A DNA stretch of 64,000 bases from Eledone cirrhosa (Eukaryota). Location: the NCBI GenBank assembly GCA_964016885.1, contig OZ024741.1:410068001-410132000 (forward strand). Reading direction: 5' to 3'. Under the pieces are notes generated by a model. The model was not told the origin of the DNA. It saw only the letters and a program-made list of their open reading frames with translations, and ran no database searches. Positions 41,689 through 51,479 of this stretch are shown one piece after another. The position numbers and the translations under genes are program-made. Every line of letters starts with the position of its first letter. The stretch's first letter is position 1.

Positions 41689-41785
41689 CTTCTTAGCAAA
41701 AGATATCAAATTTCCAAATAAAAAATTTGGTGGTGGTCCTGGTACATTGATTTGTTTGAAGATCTTCATACTTTCTTTCCGTGTC
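41689..41785 (-). CDS. Cytochrome P450 clan 3 (CYP3A-like), exon equivalent to exon 2: TRKESMKIFKQINVPGPPPNFLFGNLISFAKK
   Basis: tttcag acceptor and AAG|gtatat donor; 97 bp, phase 2 to phase 0; proline-rich PGPxPxxxxGN hinge of microsomal P450s. Size and phases resemble CYP3A exon 2. Confidence 0.85.
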
Positions 41786-41879
41786 CTGAAACATATACAG
41801 CACATGTTTATAGATGTGTATATATATATATAATTTGTTGATCGACTTTCGTCAAATTTGACTAAGGAAACAATGTTTC

Positions 41880-42047
41880 CATTGGTCTTTCCAATTGCTA
41901 ATCTATCGGTCGCAACTCCAGGTAGAAGGAGCAACGTGAAATAAAGTGTCTTGCTCAAGGACATAACGTATCGCCAGGTCCAGGAATCGAACTGACAACC
42001 TCACGATTGCGAATTCAGTTCTCTAACCACTCAGCCACACAGCTTCA
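41880..42047 (-). mobile_element. tRNA-derived SINE family B
   Basis: A box TGGCTGAGTGG, B box GTTCGATTCC, conserved tccttgagcaagacacttta block. Confidence 0.8.
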
Positions 42048-42742
42048 CATGTGTGTGTGTGTGTGTGTATGTATTTATATATATATATATATATAACGTG
42101 TGTGTGTGTGTAGATATATATATATATATATGTGTGTGTGTATGTATATATATATGTGTGTGTGTAGATATGTAGATATGTGTGTGTTTGTGTATATATA
42201 TATATATTCATGTATGACCCTTGTATGACCCATTGTAGCTTTATATGACTTTGTGTGCATATCATATTTGTGTATAGACAGATATATGTATGTATGTATC
42301 TTTGTAGATGTGCGTGGGCCTGTAAGTAATAGGCACATATTTGTAAGCGTGTATATGAGCCAGTGTGTGTGTGTACAAGCACCCACTGTAGGGTAAGGGC
42401 TTGTTTGTGTGTATATACATATATGTATATATATATGTATACATATATATGTGTGTTTGCGAGCGAGTCTGTTTTTGTGCCTGTATATATGGACACGTGG
42501 GTATATGTGCGTGTGTGTGTCTATGTATATGTCTGTATGTGTTTGTGTATACGAGTAGATATACATGTATGCATGTGTGTGCGCCTGTATGCGTGTGTGC
42601 GCGTGTGTGAGTTGATGTACGTGGGCATGTAGGCAGGCGTCTGTAGACGCGTATGTCTATAGTTTTACGGGTTCTCTTTGGGTGTGTATGTATAGCGAGA
42701 GTATATGCGTGCGAATGTTGTTATTTATATGATTGTGTGTGC

Positions 42743-42781
<39 letters not shown>
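42048..42781. repeat. Degenerate (GT)n/(AT)n microsatellite field
   Basis: Direct reading; source of many spurious ORFs. Confidence 0.85.
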
Positions 42782-42827
42782 GTGACGAAAACATAAGTCA
42801 ATTGCATGAACTCATAATCCTTTATTT

Positions 42828-42883
42828 ACTGCTATATATATTTCGATGATAGCCATTGAATGGCTATGATCTCATCAGGCAGT
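42828..42883 (-). ncRNA. Canonical type I hammerhead ribozyme in a ~166-bp element (42782-42947) between (TA)n tracts
   Basis: Minus strand reads ACUGC CUGAUGA GAUCAUAGCCAU-UCA-AUGGCUAUCAUC GAAA UAUAUAU A GCAGU: perfect 5-bp stem I, intact core, AUA triplet. Confidence 0.88.
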
Positions 42884-42943
42884 TAGTCAGTTCTTAGATA
42901 TGCCAGTTCTGTGTTTATAGTGTTGATGGTATCAGAGCCTTGG

Positions 42944-43041
<98 letters not shown>

Positions 43042-43249
43042 TATGCGCGTGGACGTGTGAACTACCAAACCCAGCAGGGATTCATTGAAGTGTGGCAGGA
43101 AAAAGGACAGCTGATGGTCAGTGTGACAGTACCTGTTGGTCAAAATTTATGATGACTTAGAAAAACAAAAGCCAATAGCAGGACGAGCAAAGAGGATGTT
43201 TTTTGATGCTAACACCCCAGTGAGAAAATTTGATCCGAAATTATTAGAA

Positions 43250-43337
43250 GTGTCTGACGAACCTGCAGATCTAGAATCAGCCAGATCCACACAATGATCG
43301 GGTCTCGAGCTATCTGCCAGCGAAACAATTGAAACAC
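43250..43337 (+). ncRNA. Probably inactivated hammerhead with 61-nt stem II
   Basis: Stem I GUGU/ACAC; CUGACGA 43254-43260; GCAGAU/AUCUGC; GAAA 43322-43325; CAAUUG palindrome; the U16.1 position (43332) is A. Confidence 0.5.
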
Positions 43338-43473
43338 ACAATTGAGTTCAGATGCATCACTGATTTTTCGTTTTATATTATATCATACTCTGCTCTGTAA
43401 GAGCATAGAGTGCTCAACAGGCATACCACCTATGGAAGCATCTTAGCTACCATCAGACACACACACACATATA

Positions 43474-43807
43474 TCATCATCATCATCATTTTACGTCCGC
43501 TTTTCCTTGCTTGCAAGGGTGGGACGGGAACTGATTCTGGCTTGATTTCTACAGCTGGATGCCCTTCCTAACACCAACCTCATTTACAGTGAGTGCTGGG
43601 TGCTTTTTTGCTGTGGCACGACCACCACTTTACAGTGGAATGATATGGACCCCAGTCCCTATCATCTCATTTCTACAGCTGAGTAAACTGGAGCAATGTG
43701 AAATAAAATGTCTTGATCAAGGAAACAACACATCACCCGGTTTGAGAATTGAACTCACAACCTTTCGATTGCAAGGCCAATGCTCTAACTACTAAGCCAT
43801 GTGCCTT
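43474..43807 (-). mobile_element. Composite SINE: family-B-like tRNA head plus RTE-derived 3' tail ending in (GAT)n
   Basis: Near-identical to 55212-55549; tail ccagctgtagaaa...ggacgtaaaatgatgatg is shared with the RTE 3' UTR. Confidence 0.8.
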
Positions 43808-44047
43808 ATATATATATATATATATATAAATAATATATATATATATGATATAAATGTAGATAGATACATACACACACACACATATATCATCATCATCATC
43901 ATTATTTGGTCGACCTGCTTATGTATATATATCAGCAGAATGCACTCAGTTAGTTAACGCATACAAACCAATGCATCGATACCTCATCAACCACATACCT
44001 GGCAGTGCAGTTTTATGCATTAAGGTAGTTCTGCACTTGTAATGACA

Positions 44048-44291
44048 GAGTCTGTTCTGTTTGTTTAGTGCATGTGAGTCAAGAAAAACAACGGAGAGAC
44101 AGGAAAAGTTTCTGGGTGTTATTTGTACATATAGGAAATTTTACAACTGCAATTGGAGAACAGATTGTGTATGTACAACAAAAGACACCAGAAGCAGGGA
44201 AAAATTGATTTTTGCTTATGTAATGCAAAGCAAAGGAAACTATGACCACTGTCCAGCAATATTATATGCATCACACCAACAGAACAGACTC
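44048..44291. mobile_element. Possible MITE bounded by a 14-bp perfect inverted repeat GAGTCTGTTCTGTT
   Basis: 44048-44061 vs 44278-44291; no clear target-site duplication. Confidence 0.35.
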
Positions 44292-44324
44292 CATTCTCTT
44301 TCATAAACTTATTACTATTATTAA

Positions 44325-44520
44325 AGTTGGAGGATTGGCAGTATCGGTAGAGCGTCAGACACCATGCTTTGCAGCATAGTGTTATACCCCTTTATATTCG
44401 GAGTTCAAATCCCGCCGAGGTTTGCTTTGCCTTTCATCCTTACGGGGTCGATAAAATAAAGTACCAGTAATGCACTAGGGTAATTGCTGGCCTTGTGCCA
44501 AAAGTAGAAACAATTATTAT
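44325..44520 (+). mobile_element. tRNA-derived SINE family A
   Basis: Matches 40987-41177; (ATT)-type flanks. Confidence 0.85.
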
Positions 44521-44769
44521 CGTAGAAGATTTGAGGTTGTGTGGTTAAGAAGTCCACTTAATGACCATCTGATTCCAGGTTCTATTTTCTTGTCATACAC
44601 GCAACAGGTGTTTAACATAAACCCACAAAAGTCAACAATACTCAGACACTAGATGATTGTATGCAAGATGGTTTTGTCACCCTGTACGCATTTCAGATAG
44701 GCCTGGGTGATGGCACTTCCAGGCCTGTAGAGTTTATCTTAAACTGGCAAAACTCCTCTGGTGGCACTG

Positions 44770-45900
44770 TCAGGTAGCACTGGAAATTATCCATGGACCT
44801 TGGACTAGTAGATTTACATCAATGTCTAGAGTTTCCCTAAGAATGTTGGCGCTTTCATCCTCTACCAGCCCTCTATAGAATGCCAAAGTGGGTTTCCACC
44901 GATCATATTGCCCAATTGGCAGAGGGCTGTGAATGCCTAAAGACATTCCAGTTTCCAAGCACTCCCCCTCGAGACTACAGCTCCGTTAAGGAGACGAGCT
45001 GGGAGAACATGCATCTGGTGAATGGTGACCACACGTGTTCACCATTAAGGAAACAATGGAGATGTAGCTTCAGTGCATGTCTGTGCATCATCAGCCATGG
45101 TATTCCCAGTCCTCCATGCAGCAAGTGTGGACAGCAGATTAATCGCCTGACCATCAGAATGCATCCCTTCCATAAGAAGCAGAAGAGCAAACATTCCAGT
45201 GCAGTTAGACAGGGGTTTAGGACAAGGCACGATAGTCAGGCAGTAGTAGATGGTGGACGCGATGTACGCGTTCACCACCTCTGCCCTACCTTTCAGGGAC
45301 AACTTTCTCTCAGCCCATTTCTGTGTGAGATTGGCCACTTTGTTCATCACTTCATCCTAGTTTTGGTTGTCTCTATCATATGCTTTCGATTGATCTGATT
45401 TGATCAGTGCCCGACCGATGCCAGGTTCCTTTGCTTCCCTCTCTATGATGTGTTGCATGAGGTGGAGATTGTCATGGCTGGATCTCTTGGGAATGGCACA
45501 TGTCTGTGCCTCCTCTACCAGATCACCAATGGCAAGCACCAACCTCGTCACTAACACCATGACCAAAATTTTGAACCTTGCATTTAGTAGGGTTATAGGC
45601 CTAAAGTTATCTATAAAATCCTCTTTTTTCGGGTCCTTTCTCAACAGTGCCGACACTCCTCGGCTCACAGAACTGGAAATTCTCAAGGAAAACGCCAGTT
45701 GCAGTAGGCATCTGCAAGATGTCGCCAAACAAATCTGGTATATGAACATAAATCTGGTAGGGCAGACCATCGAGTAATTTACCTCATGTACAGCCAGACA
45801 CTGCCTCCCATAATTCAGCAGCTGTCATTAGATTTTCATAAAATGCTGCCTCCATCGCCAGCAGCGATGGGCTGTCGAGATCTCACGATCTGGGCCGCTG
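44770..45900 (-). pseudogene. Decayed L1/Tx1-like LINE reverse transcriptase fragment
   Basis: NFRPITLLNA, DQSKAYDR and LSLKGRAEVVNAY motifs across broken frames. Confidence 0.75.
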
Positions 45901-46017
45901 CAGCTCCTAAATAGTCACTCGGGTCCATTGAACAGCTTTTGTCCCCTTGTGTCTAAGAACACAAGCCTTAGGTCTGACCACCACAACAATAATAATAATA
46001 ACATTAATAATAATAAT

Positions 46018-46132
46018 GGTTTCTGATTTAGGCACAAGGCCAGCAATTTTAGGGGAAGGGAAAGTTGATTAAATCGACCCCAGTGTGTGACTGGTACTTA
46101 TTTTATCAACCCCTTAAGAATGAAAGATAAAG
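46018..46132 (-). mobile_element. Truncated SINE related to family A
   Basis: aggcacaaggccagcaatt...ctggtacttattttatc. Confidence 0.7.
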
Positions 46133-46156
46133 CTAATAATAATATTAATAATAAAA

Positions 46157-46355
46157 GGGTGGTGGATTGGCAGTATCGGTAGAGGGTTGGCCGCCATGCT
46201 TTGCAGCAAAGAGCTACGGCCCTTTATGGTCTGAGTTCAAATCCCGTCGAGGTTAACTTTGCCTTTCCTCCTTACGGGGACGATAAAATAAAGTACCAGT
46301 AATACACTGGGATAATTGCTGGCCTTGTGCCAAAAGTAGAAACAATTATTAATAA
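46157..46355 (+). mobile_element. tRNA-derived SINE family A
   Basis: Matches the other family A copies; (AAT)n flanks. Confidence 0.85.
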
Positions 46356-46737
46356 TAAATTAAAATAATTAAATTAAATTAAAAGAAATTGTTGTTGTTA
46401 TTATGAGACACCATTATTATAATGTTGCACTCTTAGCTGAGAGATAACATATTTGGCTACTATCAGGCATTGACATTACATGTGAACAACCCCCAACAGT
46501 CACCCCACACTGTCATCTATTACTTCATTTCTCCTCTTGGTGTCATTAGAACTCTTTAATAATGCAACTGCCTTCTCACTTCACACAAAAGTCAGTCGGA
46601 AGACAGAAGGTAAGTGAATTTTATAGAATTTAATTTAAACGTTAAAATTTTAATTTAATTGCCAAGATTTTTTTCAACTTGTTAATAACCATTTGCTATA
46701 TTATATTTACTACATCATCATTTAGTTTGCTAGACTC

Positions 46738-48065
46738 TGTGTATCTGGTTTACAATAGGTACACTGTATCCCAGTGTGTATTTGGTTTACAATAGGTACA
46801 CTGTATCCCTGTGTATATCTAGTTTACAATAGATACACTGTATCCCTGTGTATATCTAGTTTACAATAGGTACACTGTATCCCTGTGTATATCTGGTTTA
46901 CAATAGGTACACTGTATCCCTGTGTATATCAGGTTTACAATAGGTACACTCTATCCCTGTGTATATCTGGTTTACAATAGGTAGACTGTATCCCAGTGTG
47001 TATCTGGTTTACAATAGGTACACTGTATCCCTGTGTATATCTAGTTTACAATAGGTACACTGTATCCCTGTGTATATCAGGTTTACTATAGGTACACTGT
47101 ATCCCTGTGTATATCTGGTTTACAATAGGTACACTGTATCCCTGTGTATATCTGGTTTACAATAGGTACACTGTATCCCTGTGTATCTGGTTTACTATAG
47201 GTACACTGTATCCCTGTGTATATCTGGTTTACAATAGGTACACTGTATCCCTGTGTATATCTGGTTTACAATAGGTACACTGTATCCCTGTGTATATCTG
47301 GTTTACAATAGGTACACTGTATCCCTATGTATCTGGTTTACAATAGGTACACTGTATCCCTGTGTATATCTGGTTTACAATAGGTACACTGTATCCCTGT
47401 GTATATCTGGTTTACAATAGGTACACTGTATCCCTGGGTATATCTGGTTTACAATAGGTACACTGTATCCCTGTGTATATCTGGTTTACAATAGGTACAC
47501 TGTATCCCTGGGTATATCTGGTTTACAATAGGTACACTGCATCCCTGTGTATATCTAGTTTACAATAGGTACACTGTATCCCTGTGTATATCTAGTTTAC
47601 AATAGGTACACTGTATCCCTGTGTATATCTAGTTTACAATAGGTACACTGTATCCCTGTGTATATCTAGTTTACAATAGGTACACTGTATCCCTGTGTAT
47701 ATCTGGTTTACAATAGGTACACTGTATCCCTGTGTATATCTAGTTTACAATAGGTACACTGTATCCCTGTGTATATCTAGTTTACAATAGGTACACTGTA
47801 TCCCTGTGTATATCAGGTTTACAATAGGTACACTCTATCCCTGTGTATCTGGTTTACAATAGGTACACTGTATCCCTGTATATATCTGGTTTACAATAGG
47901 TACACTCTATCCCTGTGTATCTGGTTTACAATAGGTACACTGTATCCCTGTATATATCTGGTTTACAATAGGTACACTGTATCCCTGTGTATATCTGGTT
48001 TACAATAGGTACACTGTATCCCTGTGTATCTAGTTTACAATAGGTACACTGTATCCCTGTGTATA
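46738..48065. repeat. 37-bp minisatellite CTGGTTTACAATAGGTACACTGTATCCCTGTGTATAT, ~36 copies; resumes at 49228-49285
   Basis: 37-bp periodicity with 35-bp variants. Confidence 0.95.
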
Positions 48066-49225
48066 TCATCATCATCATCACCGTTTTATGTCCATTCTTC
48101 CACACTAGCATGGGTTAGACGGGTTGTCCTGTTGTGGGCAATTCCAAGTCAGGTGACCTTTCTTGCTGATACGGGAACTAATTTTGGTTTGGTTTCTACA
48201 GCTGGATGCCCTTCCTAACACAACCTCATTTACAGTGAGTGCTGGGTGCTTTTTTTCCATGGCGCCTACACGTCCACTTTACAGTGTGGACTGTGTGTTT
48301 TTTTTTCTGTCGTGACACCTTCACAACCACTTTGCAGTGGGAGGGGGCGGGGGCATATTGTCTATATGTTTCAGCTTTGGCTTGTACCCGTGGAGGGTCG
48401 GGTCTTCTGTATTACTGCGTGACGCCAGAGGTCTCAGTCCTGTGTCATCACCTTTGAGAGGTGTAATTGGGTAAGGTCAGCTTTTATCACCTCATCCCAG
48501 GTATTCTTGGGTCTCCCCATTCCAGGGCTTCCATCAACTTTTAGTGCTCTGCACCTTTTTATGCAGCTCTCATCCTTCATACGCATCACATGTCCACACC
48601 AATGCAACCTCCTCTCCTGCACACAGCATTTGATTCCTCTTATGCTCAGTCTCTCTCTCAATTCGTTTATGCTTTGCCGTTCGTGTATATTACTATTATA
48701 CATCCATCGAAGCATGCAAGCTTCATTTCTTTCTAATCTATGCAAGTCTTCTGCACAGAACGCCCAGGTCTCACTACCATGTAACATTGCTGTTCGTATG
48801 CATGCATCACACACTCTGCCTTTTATTTTGAGGGAAAAGCCTTTTGCAGCTAGCAGTGGTAGTAGCTCCCTGAACTTCTTCCATCCCGTTCTTACCCTGG
48901 TTATTGTACTTTCAGAACACCCCCTTCCACTGCTAATTTGATCACCTAGGGAGCAGAAGCTGTCTACTGTTTCTACACAGCCCTCCCAGAGTTTGGCGGT
49001 GTTTGTTTACTGTGGCTGTTTGCTGCTTACTGTCCCAGTGCAGCTGCTACATGTAAAGCCGACATTCTTAGCTAAGCTTCCTGAGATCCCACTACATCTT
49101 TTGTGTACCCATAGTTTGCATTTGGGGCAGAGGATGGAATTCCTACCTACACCTTTCCTACATACTGAGCAAGGCCATTTCCCTGAGGGGATCTGGGTTC
49201 TGTTTTCTAGTCTACTTACAGGACC
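48066..49225 (-). mobile_element. 5'-truncated RTE LINE, same family as 51480-55209, inserted in the 37-bp array
   Basis: DACIRTAMLHGSETW...GRPKNTWDEVIKAD; (CAT)n tail at 48066; array present on both sides. Confidence 0.9.
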
Positions 49226-49642
49226 TTATAGGTACACTGTATCCCTGTGTATATCTGGTTTACCATAGGTACACTGTATCCTTGTGGTGTAAAACAGTTG
49301 TAAAACATTGCCCCCAAAAGAACCCTATTGGTCCTACAAAACCAACCCCTGCTATAGTGAGACTGAATGGCATTCAAATGCTTATTTTATGGTATTCATT
49401 TATCAGTAAATATTTTATGTATGGTTAGGGTAATTTGAAGGATGTCATAGCATGTCACAGCTAGAGTACAAAGTACAGGTATTTTCTCATAGATTAAATG
49501 TATTTGATACCAACCTCCTGTCTTCTGTAGATAATGAAATGTCAGTGACTTTAGAATATTTGCTGTTTATATGACCTCACTAGTGTCTGTACATGACAGC
49601 TTAAAACCGACATAAGATATCTTGCTCCATATCAGTTTCCTC

Positions 49643-49691
49643 AATAATTCTTTTGATGAAGGGGTTTTATCCCGAAATATTAAGGGTTATT
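49643..49691 (+). ncRNA. Type I hammerhead-like motif (C3U)
   Basis: Stem I AAUAA-UCUU/AGGGUUAUU; UUGAUGA 49653-49659; stem II GGG/CCC; GAAA 49674-49677; AAUAUU palindrome; UUA triplet. Confidence 0.55.
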
Positions 49692-49859
49692 ATTAAATAC
49701 CTGTGTTGTAACATCTGAACATCTTTGTTATCATATTTTTAACAATTAATGTCCCTTTATATTGTGGCAGCTGTCTAATAATACACTATTCTCTACACTT
49801 CACATAATTGTTGAAGCAAACTACAACATCTTCACATACATACATAAAGATTGCTGCAT

Positions 49860-50860
49860 CTTCATAGACGATTGCCGTCTCTTATTAGTTCTTCATTGTC
49901 ATCCGCATCCATGACTTCGTAGATGACTCAGTAGGCCAGCTGTAGATCTGCGTGATTTATGACACAGGTGACATAAGAGTGTTGTGCTTTCCACCCTGTT
50001 GGACATAGTCTTTATGTACCACCATAAGTTTTTTTTTAGTCTGGAACTAGTTCTACACACTTTGTTGTATATTGCGTCCATTGTTTCGCCAGGTCTTTGT
50101 TGAGTGGTGTTGCGCGTGGTTATCCTTTCATGTGACTTCAGGTGATTAACATAACCAACTTTGAGAGGAATACACACTGACAGAAATTGCATGTCCAACT
50201 ACTGATGACTTCATCAAGACTGAGCACAGCCCTTCCGGAGCTGACACTTCAGTTGTTTATGTTCTAGACAACATTCTTCAAAAGTTCTGCAACTGTCCTT
50301 TATGTGCTTTCTCCACTCAGCCATATTTAGAGCTATCTCCTCCCAGTTGTCTACATCAAATGTCAGCTCTTTGAGATTATTCTTGGTGCTGTCCCTGAAC
50401 CTCATTTTCGGTTTGTGTTGAGGTCTTTTTCCAAGATGGAGCTCACCGTAAAACAGTTGCTTCGGGATCCTGCTTTCTTTCACGCGGACAATATGTCCTG
50501 TCCAGCACATTTAAGAAGATCTTACTTGGTACTCAATGCTTGGACATTCTGCTTTGATAAGGACATGGATGTCAGGAGTTCTGTCTTGCCACTTCATGTT
50601 GAATATGTGCCTTAGACATTTCTGCTGAAAATGCTCAAGCAATTTGGTGTGTTTGCAGAATAGGGCCCAGGTTTCAGTGGAGTATAAAAGAGCAGACACA
50701 ACACATGATCTATACACACACACCTTGGTATTGTTGGTAATGTTGCGATTTGCCCAAACTCTCTTTTCCAATTTTCTGAAGGCAACAGAGGCCTTCTGGA
50801 TGTGCAGATATAGTTCAGCATCCAAGGAGCTACCATTTGACAGTATGCTACTCAAGTACA
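49860..50860 (-). pseudogene. Decayed RTE (BovB-like) LINE 3' fragment with C-terminal C2H2-like fingers
   Basis: VYRSCVVSALLYSTETW, WTGHIVRVKESRIPKQLFYGEL, CHLCHKS...LLSHLRSH. Confidence 0.85.
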
Positions 50861-51479
50861 TACATGCATACCTAGTTGACATGGTCTAAATTCCAGTGAA
50901 AGAGTCTTGAGTCTATGCTAGAAACTCTCTCTCTATTGGTAAAAATATATAACATAATGAAACCAGAGGAATATACATGACCATATTGGCTTGCCTCAAA
51001 GTGTTTAATTAACCCTTATGATGTAATGAGCAGCCGATTGTCACACTTGGTGTTGAATTGATGGTCGTTTTAGTTTTTGCTCACCTTTTTTCTTCTTTTT
51101 TTTTTCTCTTTTATGCATTTATATTTGTGCTTATCAACAACATTATTCTTGTAATGTTCTTCTGAATGAATTGCAAGCAATTTATAATGTTATTTATGCA
51201 TTTATAATGTTATATATATATATAGAGAGAGAGTCCATTCTAGAATTAACTTATCTCCCTTGGAATTTCGTTGCCCATATATGTATTATTTTTTGTTTCA
51301 CATGTTTGTAAAATATGCTTACATCTCCAAAAGTTACCCATTTCAATCCCGCCCACCCCACACACCACCATAGTTATTTGGTTCAATCAAAACTCAGCAG
51401 TTTATAGTAAGGTTTCTATCACAAAGCCACGACTTCTTAACCTTAGACCTGGTTGTTGTTTGGTATGATGAACTACAGA

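Noticed and set aside
41668-41964. 98-aa ORF as a complete gene with a signal peptide
   Set aside because: The N-terminus is SINE and intron read-through; only 41689-41785 is a splice-bounded P450 exon. Exon 1 and exon 4 were not found in the window.
41960-42047. Functional tRNA gene
   Set aside because: A and B boxes are present but continue into a SINE body; no complete cloverleaf.
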